Source: the human T2T-CHM13v2.0 reference genome, Homo sapiens
Strand: one strand, 5' to 3'
DNA length: 64,000 nt
Assembly (NCBI RefSeq): GCF_009914755.1
Contig: NC_060935.1
This document shows positions 13,356 through 26,378 of the stretch, piece by piece. A program made the translations under genes and the position numbers. The notes beneath the pieces were generated by a model, which saw only the letters and a list, made by a program, of their open reading frames with translations, had not been told where the DNA came from and did no database searches. Position 1 is the stretch's first letter. Each line of letters opens with the position of its first letter.

Positions 13356-13758
13356 TGCTATAGTTTGAATGTTTGTGTCCTCTTCAAAAATCATGTTGAA
13401 ACTTAAACCCCAATGTAATAGTATTAAAAGGTGGGACCTTTATGTGATGATTAAATCACAAAGGTGGAGCCCTCCTGGATAGGATTAGCAATGTTATAAA
13501 ATGGCTGGAGGAAACTAGCTAGGCCCTTTTTGCTGTTTTACTTTCTGCCATGTGAAGACACAATGTTCATCCCCCCTGCACGAGACAGTGACAAGATTCC
13601 ATTCTGGAAGCAGAAAACAGCCATCAGCAGACACCAAATCTACTGGCAACTTGATCCTGAATTGCCCAGCCTGAAGAACTGGGAGAAAGAAACTTCTATT
13701 CTTTATAAGTTACCCATTCTCAGGTACTTTGTTATAGAAGCACAAATGGACTAAGGCA
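13356..13758 (+). mobile_element. MSTD-like MaLR solo LTR
   Basis: TGCTATAGTTTGAATGTTTGTGTCC..GGCTGGAGGAAACTAGCTAGGCCC..CACAAATGGACTAAGGCA. Confidence 0.85.
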
Positions 13759-14066
13759 CTTACCAAACATTCTCTTCTCTTTCCATGTAAAACACACAAT
13801 ATTATGACTTTTTATAAGGTAATGAAGTATCACAGAATTTTAGGCCTTTAAGGAAATTTCCAGTAGCCAAATTTTAACCCCACTCCATTACATTAAATGT
13901 TTCCATCTCCTGCTACAAACTTCTATATGAACTGTCCCTGCCATCATACTTACATCACAAGTTGCTCTAATTGTTAAATGTATTTTTCTTAAGCAAAATC
14001 AAAATTCTCCTCCATATAACTAATACTGATGAGCCTTTGTCAGGCATGGTAAGTAGTTTCACCTCA

Positions 14067-15408
14067 TGTGGTCAATAGACTTTAAGGTGGTTCCTATAAT
14101 CCCTCCTTTCTGGTATTTACTCCCTTGTAATCCCCTTCCTTTAGGCATGTTGTGACCTATGACTTGCTTCTAACCAATAGAATATGGCAAAAGTGACAAA
14201 TACATGTTATTATGTGTATGTTATTACATTACATAAGATTGGTACCACATCTTGCATGGAGAGTCTCTTTCCTTTGCTGCCTTTGAGTAAAGAAGCTGCC
14301 AATGAAACAGGAAATTTCCCTGATGCTCCTCTCTGGATGTGTGACAGGGATGTGGCTCATCTGTATGGCCCCCATGCCTGCTCAAACTTCTTATGAGAGG
14401 GGACACATGAAGACAGGCAGGTGCAGGAGCTGGGGCAAGTGCCCCTGGGCTCTGATCCCATGGCAGCTTCCAGGGCTGGGAAGCTGCAACTCCCAAAGCC
14501 CAAGTGGGCATGTTTCACAGTTTGCAATTTTAGCCTTGCTGTCCACAGGTGACTTAAGTGTTAACCAGCCCAGTGCCCTCTTGGTACCCAGGTCCTTCTC
14601 TGACATCCAGGAAGAATTAGGTTCCACATGGACTTGAGGATGATGAATGCATGGGTTTTATTTCATGGTAAAGCTGGCTCTCAGCAGGATGGATGGGGAG
14701 CTGGGAAGAGGATGGAGTGGGAAGATGATCTTCCCCTGGAGTTCAGCCGTCCAGTGGCCAATCACCTCTCTAACTATCCCCAGCCAAATTCCTCTTGGCG
14801 TTCAAATGCTCCTTCTCTTATCTCCTTCTCTGCCACACTGTTCTGCCTTTCTTCTGCTCTTCTCTTCATCTCCTTGTTTGCTTCTGGAACCTGGGGTCTG
14901 GTATTTATATGGGTACAGAATAGAGGGGCAGAGTGCACCAAAAGGCAACTTTCGGGCATGAAAACAGGAATGCCTGTTTCCATTTAGTGCAGCAGGTTTC
15001 CAGGCTTGAGGGTGGGGCCTTTGCCAGGGAACCTCGCTCTTCCACCCAGTATTTTCCTGTATCCTGTTCATATCACCACATTGGAGGCCCCACATGGCAG
15101 AGAACTGAGAACTGGCCTTCAATCATCATCAAGAAGTTGAGGACCTCAGTCCAACAATCCATAAGAAACAGATTGCTGCCAACAACTACATGACCTTGGA
15201 AGCAAATTTTTCACCAGTGGAACCTCTGCTGAGAATCCAGCCCCAGCCAACATCTGGATTGAAGCCTTGTGAGAGCCTGAAGAAGATACAGCTGAGTTGT
15301 GTTCAGGCTCCTGAGCCACAGAAGCTGTGTGATAATATATGTGTTGCCATAAGTCACTAAGTTTGTGGTATTAATAATATGGTTACACACCAATAAATAA
15401 CTAATATA
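14067..15408 (+). mobile_element. MLT1F-like LTR split by an LTR1 insertion
   Basis: GACTTGCTTCTAACCAATAGAATATGGCAAAAGTGA before the insert; GGAGGCCCCACATGGCAGAGAACTGAG..ATAACTAATATA after it. Confidence 0.75.
14303..15075 (-). mobile_element. LTR1-family (ERV1) solo LTR
   Basis: TGAAACAGG..CCTGTTCATATCA; homologous to 12424-13228; TSD CCAA/CCAC. Confidence 0.85.
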
Positions 15409-15530
15409 CCTCATATGCCAACTCTGAGCATTTACTTAGATGTCCTGGATTACTCAGATTAAGAAAGATTCTGCAGCCACATTTGAACTTTAAGAATAAG
15501 TGCCATAAGTAGTGATGTTTGCAGTGAGTC

Positions 15531-15564
15531 TGGTTATGAGAAGCAGTTGGTTATGAGAAGCAGT
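15531..15564. repeat. 17-bp perfect tandem duplication
   Basis: (TGGTTATGAGAAGCAGT)2. Confidence 0.95.
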
Positions 15565-15975
15565 ACACCTGACATTAATAATTCATCCTACCCTAATATA
15601 CACTTTGAGACCAGAAAGAACAAGTGAAATTTGTTTCCACACGTCAATTCATGTACTCAAGATCAATGCTGTAGGAAAAAAGTTGTAAAGTGCCTGAGGA
15701 GGAAAGGTACCTGGGTGACACAGGCTATGTGTAAGTGTTTATCCATATATTGTATGAGGGGTTGTGACTGGAGTAAACTGTTCCAGTCTGAAGGGTACAA
15801 ATCTTAGTCTAAAGTACTCAGATGTTCCCAGGCTAAAGAAAATAGTGTCTATGTAAGATACACATCCAGTGTTCCCAGGTATAATAATTTTTCAATAGAA
15901 GCTGAATATTTCAATTTTATGTGAAATTTTTCACATTTTAAACATTGGCTCATTTGTAAAGGTACAACTACTGTA

Positions 15976-16283
15976 TTTTTTTTTTTTTTTTGAGATAGAG
16001 TCTTGCTCTGTTGCCCAGGCTGGAGTGCACTGGTGCCATCTCGGCTCACTACAATTTCTGCCTCCCCAGTTCAAGTGATTCTCATGCCTCAGCCTCCCAA
16101 GTAGCTGAGACTACAAGCATGCGCCACCAGGCCTGGCTAATGTTTTTTTTTTTTCGTATTTTTAGTATAGATGGGGTTTCGCCATGATAGCCAAGCTGGT
16201 CACAAACTTCTGGGCTCAAGCAATCTGCCCACCTCAGCCTCCCAAAGTGCTGGGATTACAGACATGAGCCACCGCACCTGGCC
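15976..16283 (-). mobile_element. Alu (Jb/Sz-like)
   Basis: Full dimer; TGGGCTCAAGCAATCTGCCC in the left arm is typical of older Alus. Confidence 0.93.
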
Positions 16284-18947
16284 TATATTGATTTTTTTTT
16301 TTTTTACTATGTTAGTTGTACTGCTGTGAAGCCACAAGCTTTCAGATATGCCTTTCTCTGCAGAGTTCAGTTTGTCCCATTATGTAATATTGAAGTTATC
16401 AATGTCAATTTACTTCTAACTATCTGAAAGGCAATTATGATATAATCACCCATCAATTTAATTTTTCTCCAAGCTTACATAATTAGATGATAGAATGACT
16501 ATCTAAGGATGAAATGCATGGAATACATAACATTGAGTTAATGACCTTGAAGGCAACACTCTGCCCTCAGTCTTGTGCACACACTTGCAAATCAATGGGA
16601 GTTGTTTGTGAGTGTACACAGTTGGTCCAAAGAGTTGCTGAAACAGAAATCATGATATGTACATGGTAGTATATAATCCGTATCAAAGTCCTGCTTTTTC
16701 ATCAATGGTCGTCAAAATCATTGAGTTTAATGACGTTGTCTGAACAACTCTAAGTAATTGCATCTTCAATCTACCGACAATATTGGTGGATCACAAACTC
16801 TGGTATAAACTGTAAGGACCCATAAGCAAAGAACGCATGTTCTTGCACCCAGAAAACTTATAATATAGTGCAGACAATGAATATAAGACATATATCCACT
16901 AATATGTTACTGATTTCTCATGCAGGTTAACTCCAAAATAATCTTAGCTGAAAACAACTTCATTCTTTCTCTCATTGTTCCTACGCATTGGTACTGTAGG
17001 CTAGTTACTTTTGTCCTCACCATTGAAATATGTGAGCAGTCCCAAATCTTTTCTGGTGTTGAGCTAATAAATAAATTGCACCTTTTCGTTGTCATATACA
17101 CTGGAAATGTATAAATGCCTAATACTGGTAGATCTACTTTTGACCCATCTCCTTTACAAGTTCTTAATGGATGTTATATCACATCACTGTTGAATATGGA
17201 AGGACTTGGTACTTACCGTTTTATTGACCTTGTGTCTGCTAAAACCACAGAAAAGGTTGGATTTGGCATCCTATTACTAGTGCAACTGAGGCAAATATAA
17301 AGACATACAAAGCTTTGAGGTGAAAATGTATTTTAACTTAGAAGAGGGACTCTATCTCAAATCAACTAGAAAAATAATGAAAGTACACTCTAGAGAGCAC
17401 TTAGAGTGTACCTTGCATCTATTAATTTTCACAATAATCCTATGAAAATTTAAAACAGAATTTAAAATACCTGAGTAGGATTGGCTATGTTCAAATCCTT
17501 GTGTATCACAACTACTGTCTTATCTTAGGAGAGTGTTCATACAGTTTCCTCATCTGTAAAATAGATCCCAACAGTAACAGCACTTGAGTGATTAATCTAT
17601 GCCAGACACTATCCTGTATTTATGGGAATTGTTTTGTATAAGCTTTTAAGGAAAATACTGCCATTTTTGTTGGTAAGAAAACTTTGCTAAGGAGGAAAAT
17701 GAAGAGTAAGGTGGATAAGTAAACAGTTGCCAAGATCTCACAGATATTTGAACCTCAGAAGTTTGTTTCTAAAGCCTAAGATGTTAAATATTTTAACATG
17801 TTTCTGACCTACTCTGGTTGTGATTAAAATGTAATAATTGTTATAAAGTGACAAGAACATGAAAGGTTCTCCATTAATAGTTGTATTTATAGAAAAATAT
17901 GGAAAGGATGAAGAATTATTGTAAAGGAGAGGTGACTTCTGATTTATTTCCCATATTATCTTAATCCAAATTGTTTTCTCATTCTAGTACACTGTTGTCT
18001 CATCATTAAGATCTCTGTTTTGAGCATTGTATCTTTAGGGACCCCCATGAGTTGGATATTAATAGCCTAAGAAAAAAGCTATTCTTCCAGTTCCATCCAC
18101 TGTCCCTCTTGGAATTAGAGAATAGCTCTCGGGATTAGAAGAGCCAATACCATGTGGTTGTTCTTAACAGCCATGCTATTTACACTCGATTTCTTTTGGT
18201 TTTAATGAGAGGAAACTCCTTTCCAATTTGAACAGCAATTCTCCATGGATCCTGCCTGCAGAGCATGACAGCTACACCTCACTCCAATTACAAATGGAAA
18301 GCTAGTTGTCAGTGAAATTTCAGAGAGCTCGCAAGGTTATATTGACATTGAAATTTAAGTTGCTCCTTGGTCTTCCCCCAGACACATGGTCCTTTGGGGA
18401 ATGCAGAGGTTATGGGTGAGAGGTTATTCTTTTCTGTGTTGTGTCTTATCTGTGATACCAGCACCAATACATGCTGGTCAGACCATAGCCAATGCCTGTG
18501 TTCTTTCTTGATAAATTGTAAAATCCTACTTTTCTAAACAAAAAGCTGGTATTTCTCATACAAGCAACATAGCTTGACTAGAAAAGAAAAGTAGAAGGAA
18601 AAGTGTAAACATATTATCGTGTGACATGTTCTACAGGTAACAAGAGATTTCTTATGTATACGCTATATGACAAATAAGTTAAAAGTAGAAATTTAAAATG
18701 GCAAGATGATTCAAGACGTTCAAACATTGTAACATTACTTGGAATTATGATTGCAAAAAGAGGTATGAAGATATTACCAACGTAAATTCAAAACGTAAAA
18801 CAATTTTATGGCTGTAGACATTTTAATTGAGGCGATTTAAATACTGGCTGCCTTAAAAATTGGAACAATAGGGATACAATTCCAAAGTATGGTCTCTTTA
18901 AGTTACACACATACATCCACACACACTCATGTTTAATGTACAGAAGC

Positions 18948-19140
18948 TGAGGCAGCTGTGGTGTTGTGGGATAAATCACTGAACTCAGAATTAAAAGACC
19001 TTAGTTTGAGAATTATATTTATCCCTTATTATTAGCACTTAGACAAATCATAGAACTATATGTTCCTTGTTTTACAACAAATAGAGACTATAATGTCTAC
19101 TTTGTTCTCCTTAGAAGTATTTGAGAGGCACTTGGTTAAT
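18948..19140 (+). mobile_element. MIR SINE fragment
   Basis: GAGGCAGCTGTGGTGTTGTGGGATAAATCACTGAACTCAGAATTAAAAGACCTTAGTTTGAG. Confidence 0.6.
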
Positions 19141-19689
19141 TGCAATGGCAGTTTCTATATCTTTGCCTCAGAAAATGAGATTATGTCCTTCTGCCCTAAA
19201 AGACAGAAGAGGTCAGATATTCATTATAAATTAGGATATTTACTTTTATGAAAAATGTTGAAAAGATAACATTGTATCACATGGCCTTTAAAATGTTATG
19301 TAGTCAGAGCAGGTATCCATTAAAATTTCAATAATGGCTGACACTTATGTAGCCCTCATTACCTCACAGTGTTCTCAGATTATTTAATCGGCACCAAAAT
19401 CCTAGAATGTAGCTTAGCATTATTATTTTCCTTTTTCAGGTTAAGGAAATCAAGTCATGAAAAGATAAAATACTTTGCCCAATATCTTACATAAGACCAG
19501 TCATTATATCTTCTTTAGAGTCTCAACTTTTTTTTTTTTTTTGCAAACTGTGTATAATAACAGTCCTACATTTTAAGGACTATTTAGTGGCACCTAAATT
19601 GTGTGGCACATGTTAAAATTTAATCAGTATTAATTCTTATGCTTATAAAATTAACCTGAGGCTAGATGAGAGGATCTACCAAGGTTTTG

Positions 19690-20085
19690 AGTTTGGCTGC
19701 AACAAACTCATATCTATAATAACAATGGCTTTTAGAAAGATTTTTTTCTCTCATAATAAGGAAACTAGAGACAACCAGTTCAGAATTTATATAAAGTGAG
19801 CAACCCAGGATTTTATTATCCTTTCAAAGGGGTCCCTGTCATCTTATGGTCACAAGATGCCTGCTAGGATTCCAGCAATCTAGTTCACATTCCAGGCTGG
19901 AGGAAGGGAAAGGGCAAAACTCTAGAGTATCACAGTTTAGATGACCCACTTTTAAGATTTCCCAGAAGTTCAGACCACTGACTATACTTCATTAGTCAAA
20001 ATTTTGCTGCATGGCCAACATGTATGGTACTATGAATAAAGAGATGTAGAATGATTATTGGAGAAGCATTGAGCAGTTTTTGCCA
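19690..20085 (-). mobile_element. Old MLT1 (J-like) LTR
   Basis: ATGGTCACAAGATGCCTGCT..TTCACATTCCAGGCTGGAGGAAGG..GCAGTTTTTGCCAC. Confidence 0.55.
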
Positions 20086-20617
20086 CTGAAGTTTGAAGAA
20101 ACCAGTTTCAAAGAAAATTGCTAGTCGATACTTTTCTTTAATGTCAGTGGTGTGAATGTTACTCCGAATTTACAAGTTTCCTTAAAAATCAAAAGCAAAA
20201 TTTATCAAGGACTTAGTTATGCATCTTTATAAGATGAAAACAATATCATTTAAAGTGCACCAATTATAATAAAATTACTAGACATGTTTTCAAAGATCAT
20301 ATATTAAATGAAAAGTCCTGGTCACTTCCAAGATGGCCAAATAGGTACAGCTCCAGTCTGCAGCTTCCAGCGAGATTGACACAGAAGACAGGTGATTTCT
20401 GCATTTCCAACTGAGCCTCCACTGGTGATACCCAGGCAAACAGGGTCTGGAGTGAACCTCCAGCAAACTCCAACAGACCTGCAGCTGAGGGATCTGTTAG
20501 AGGGAAAACTAACAAACAGAAAGGAATAGCATCAACATCAACAAAAAGGACATCCACACCAAAACCCCATCTGTAGGTCACCAACATCAAAGACCAAAAG
20601 TAGATAAAACCACAAAG

Positions 20618-21644
20618 ATGGGGAGAAACCAGAGCAGAAAAGCTGAAAATTCCAAAAACCAGAGCACCTTTTCTCCTCCAAAGGATTGCAGCTCCTCACC
20701 AGCAACAGAAAAAAACTGGATGGAGAATGACTTTGACGAGTTGACAGAAGTAGGCTTCAGAGGGTCGGTAATAACAAACTTCTCCAAGCTAAAGGAGCGT
20801 GCTCTAACCCATCACGAGGAAGCTAAAAACCTTGAAAAATGGTTAGACGAGTGGCTAACTAGAATAAACAGTGTAGAGAAGACCTTAAATGACCTGATGG
20901 AGCTGAAAACCACAGCACGAGAACTTCATGACGCATGCACAAGTTTCAATAGCCAATTTGATTGACTGGAAGAAAGGGTATCAGTGATTGAAGATAAAAT
21001 TAATGAAATAAAGCAAGAAGACAAGATTAGAGAAAAAAGAATAAAAAGAAATGAACAAAGCCTCCAAGAAATATGGGACTATGTGAAAAGAACAAATCTA
21101 CATTTGATTGGTGTACCTGAAAGTGATGGGAAGAATGGAACCAAGTTAGAAAACACTCTTCAGGATATTATCCAGGAGAACTTCCCCAACGTAGCAAGGC
21201 AGGCCAACATTCAAATTCAGGAAACACAGAGAACGCCACAAAGATACTCCTTGAGAAGAGCAACTCCAAGACATGTAATTGTCAGATTCACCAAGGCTGG
21301 AATGAAGAAAAAAAATGTTAAGGGCAGTCAGAGAGAAAGGTTGGGTTACACACAAAGGGAAGCCTACCAGACTAACAGCAGATCTCTCGGCAGAAACCCT
21401 ACAAGTCAGAAGAGAGTGGAGGCCAATATTCAACATTCCTGAAGAAAAGAATTTTCAACCCAGAATTTCATACCCAGCCAAACTAAGCATCATAAGTGAA
21501 GGAGAAATACAATCCTTTACAAACAAGCAAATGCTGAGAAATTTTGTCACCACCAGGCCTGCCTTACAAGAGCTCCTGAAGGAAGCACTAAACATGGAAA
21601 GGAACAACCAGTACCAGCTACTGCAAAAACATGCCAAATGGGAA
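20618..21644 (+). pseudogene. L1 ORF1p remnant (stop and frameshift)
   Basis: MGRNQSRKAENSKNQS..., SLQEIWDYVKR, NFQPRISYPAKLS in three broken ORFs. Confidence 0.95.
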
Positions 21645-24384
21645 AGACCATTGATGCTATGAAGAAACTGCATCAATTAACAGGAAAAATAACCAGCTAA
21701 CATCATAATGACAGGATCAAATTCACATATAACAATATTAACCTTAAATATAATGGGCTAAATGCCCCAAGTAAAAGACACAGGCTGGGAAATTTGATAG
21801 AGTCAAGACCCATCAGTGTGCTGTATTCAGGAGACCCATCTCATGTGCAGAGACACATATAGCCTTAAAATAAAGAGATGGAGGAAGATCTACCAAGCAA
21901 ATGGAAAGAAAAAAAAGCAGGGGTTGCAATCCTAGTCTCTGATAAAACAGATTTTAAACCAACAAATATTAAAAGAGATAAAGAAGGCCATTACATAATG
22001 GTAAAGGGATCAATTCAACAAGAAGAGCTAACTATCCTAAAGATATATACACCCAATACAGGAGCACCCAGATTCATAAAGCCAGACCTTAGAGACCTAC
22101 AGAGAGTTAGACTTCTACACAATAAAAATGGGAGACTTTAACACCCCACTGTCAACATTAGACAGATCAATGAGACAGAAGGTTAACAAGGATATCCAGG
22201 ACTTGAACTCAGCTCTGCACCAAGCTGACCTAATAGACATCTACAGAACTCTCCACCCCAAATCAATGGAATATACATTCTTCTCAGCACCACATCACAC
22301 TTATTCTAAAATTGACCACATAATTGAAAGTAAAGCACTCCTCAGCAAACGTAAAAAAAAAAAAAGAAACCACAACAAACTGTCTCTCAGACCACAGTGC
22401 AATCAAATTAGAACTCAGGATTAAGAAACTCACTCAAAACTGCATAACTACATGGAAACTGAACAACCTGCTTCTGAATGACTACTCAGCACATAATGAA
22501 ACGAAGGCAGAAATAAAGATATTCTTTGAAACCAATAAGAACAAAGACACAACATACCAGAATCTCTGGGACACATTTAAAGCAGTGTGTAGAGGGAAAT
22601 TTATAGCACTAAGTGCCCACAAGAGAAAGCAGAAAAGAACTAAAATTGACACCCTAACATCACAATTAAAATAATTAGAGAAGGAAGAGCAAACAAATTC
22701 AAAAGCTAGCAGAAGGCAAGAAATAACTAAGATCAGAGCAGAACTGAAGGAGATAGAGACACAAAAACCTTTCAAAAAATCAAGGAATCCAGAAGCTGGT
22801 TTTTTGAATAGATCAACAAAATAGATGGACCACTAGCAAGACTAATAAAGAAGAAAAGAGAGAAGAATCAAATAGATGCAATAAAAAATAATAAATGGGA
22901 TATCACCGCTGATTCCACAGAAATACAAACCACCATCAGAGAATACTATAAACACCTCTACACATATAAACTAGAAAATCTAGAAGAAATGGATAAATTC
23001 TTGGACACATACACCCTCCCAAGACCAAACCAGGAAGAAGTTGAATCTTTGAATAGACAAATAACAGGTTCTGAAATTGAGGCAATAATTAATAGTCTTC
23101 CAACCAAAAAAAGTCCAGGACCAAATGGATTCACAGCTGAATTCTACCAGAGGTACAAAGACGAGCTGGTACCATTCCTTCTGAAACTATTCCAATCAAT
23201 AGAAAAAGAGGGATTCCTCCCTAACTCATTTTATGAGGCCAGCATCATCCTGATACCAAAGCCTGGCAGAGACACAACAACAACAAAAAAAGAATTTTAG
23301 ACCAGTATCCCTGATGAACATCAATGCAAAAATCCTCAATATAAAACTGACAAACTGAATCCAGCAGCACATCAAAAAGCTTATCTACCATGATCAAGTC
23401 AGTTTCATCCCTGGAATGCAAGGCTGGTTCAACATACACAAATCAATAACTGTAATCCATAACATAAACAGAACCAATGACAAAAACCACATGATTATCT
23501 CAATAGACGCAGAAAAGGCCTTTCACAAACTCAACAGCCCCTAATTGTAAAAACTCTCAAGAAACTAGGAATTGATGGAATGTATCTCAAAATAATAAGA
23601 GCTATTTATGACAAACACACAGTCAGGATCATACTGAATGGGCAAAAACTGGAAGCATTCCCTTTGAAAACTGGCACATGACAAGGATGTCTTCTCTTAC
23701 CATTCCTATTCAACATAGTGTTTGAAGTTCTGGCCAGGGCAATCAGGCAAGAGAAAGAAATAAAGCATATTCAGTTAGGAAAAGAGGAAGCCAAATTGTC
23801 CCCATTTGCAGATAACTTGATTGTATGTTTACAAAACCCCATAGTCTCAGCCCAAAATCTTCTTAAGCTGATAAGCAACTTCACCAAAGTCTCAGGATAC
23901 AAAATCAATGTGCAAAAATCACAAGCATTCCTATACACCAATAACAGACAAACAGAGAGCCAAATCATGAGTGAACTCCCATTCACAAATGCTACAAAGA
24001 GAATAAAATACCTAGGAATCCAACTTAAAAGGGATATGAAGGACCTCTTCAAGGAGAACTACAAACCACTGCTCAACGAAATAAAAGAGGACAGAAACAA
24101 ATGGAAGAATGTTCCATGCTCATGGATAGGAATAATCAATATTGTGAAAATGGCCATACTGCCCAAAGTAATTTATAGATTCAATGTTATTCCCATCAAG
24201 CTACCAAAGACTTTCTTCACAGAATTGGAAAAAACTACTTTAAAGTTCATATGGAACCAAAAAAGAGCCTGCATTGTCAAGACAATCCTAAGCAAAAAGA
24301 ACAAAGCTGGAGGCATCACACTACATGACTTCAAACTATACTACAAGGCTATAGTAACCAAAACAGCATGGCACTTGTACCAAA

Positions 24385-24388
<4 letters not shown>

Positions 24389-24431
<43 letters not shown>
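24389..24431. repeat. (AT)21 microsatellite inside L1 ORF2
   Basis: Pure AT dinucleotide run. Confidence 0.97.
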
Positions 24432-24433
<2 letters not shown>

Positions 24434-25450
24434 AATGGAACAGAAAAGAGGCCTCAGAAATAACACCACACATCTACAACCATCTGATCTTTGACAAACC
24501 TGACAAAAACAAGAAATGGGGAAATGATTCCTTATTTAATAAATGGTGCTGGGAAAACTGGCTAGGCATATGTAGAAAGCCGAAACTGGATCCCTTCCTT
24601 ACACCTTATACAAAAATTAACTTAGGAAGGATTAAAGACTTAAATGTTAGACCTAAAACCAGAAAAACCCTGAAAGAAAACCTAGGCAATACCTTTCAGG
24701 ACATAGGCATGGGCAAAGACTTCATGACTAAAACACCAAAAGCAATGGCAACAAAAGCCAAAATAGACAAATGGGATCTATTTAAACTAAACAACTTCTG
24801 CACAGCAATAGAAACTATCGAACAGGCAACCTACAGAATGGGAGAAAATTTTTACAGTCTATTCATCTGACAAAGGGCTAATATCCAGAAAATACAAAGA
24901 ATTTAAACAAATTTACAAGAAAAAAAACAACCCCATCAAAAAGTGGGCAAAGGATATGAACAGACACTTTTCAAAAAAAGACATTTATGCAGCCAACAGA
25001 CACATGAAAAATTGCTCATCATCACTGGTCATCAGAGAAATGCAAATCAAAACCACAATGAGATACCATCTCATACCAGTTAAAATGGCAATCATTAAAA
25101 AGTCAGGAAACAACAGATGCTGGAGAGGATGTGGAGAAATACGAATGCTTTTATACTGTTGGAGGGAGTGTAAATTAGCTCAACCATTGTGGAAGACAGT
25201 GTGGCAATTCCTCAAGGATCTAGAACTAGAAATACCATTTGACCCAGAGATCCCATTACTGGGTATATACCCAAAGGATTATAAATCATGCTACTATAAA
25301 GACACATGCACACATATGTTTATTGCAGCACTATTCACAATAGCAAAGACTTGGAACCAACCCAAATGTCCATCAATGATAGACTAGATTAAGAAAATGT
25401 GGCACATATACACCATGGAATACTATGCAGCCATAAGAAAGGATGAGTTC

Positions 25451-25960
<510 letters not shown>

Positions 25961-26267
25961 CTAGTGCAAATGACAAGTTGATAGGTCCAGCAAACCAACA
26001 TGACACATGTATACCTATGTAACAAACCTGCATGTTCTGCACATGCACCCTATAACTTAAAGCATAATAATAGCAAAAAAAAGACAAGTCCAGATTTTTC
26101 AAGTACACAACTTTTTGACATGGTTTCAAAGGTAAGCAGCCTAGTGTACCAAGTGTGAAGACAGATATGTAAACAGATTAACATGAGATTGAAAGCCATT
26201 AGAATAGGAGTCAGTGTATTTTGCATCTGTCTAGCCTTTGAGTTTAGAAAAGATTTTATGACTGCTT

Positions 26268-26378
26268 CAGGTTCCTAGGGGTGTTGTAACAAAGTGCTAC
26301 ATAAAACTGTGTGGATTAAATCAATAGAAATTTATTCTCTCATGCTTCTGGAGGCTAGAAATATGAAATCAAGGTATC
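26268..26378 (-). mobile_element. MLT1 LTR fragment
   Basis: GTAACAAAGTGCTAC..AGAAATTTATTCTCTCATGCTTCTGGAGGCTAGAAATATGAAATCAAGGTATC. Confidence 0.7.

Noticed and set aside
12424-15075. Single internally deleted provirus
   Set aside because: Each LTR has its own TSD, and the intervening DNA is older MaLR sequence, not ERV internal sequence.
23718-24494. 258-aa ORF as a functional reverse transcriptase
   Set aside because: It is an L1 ORF2 fragment. The catalytic FADD reads FADN, and the surrounding frame has stops and frameshifts.
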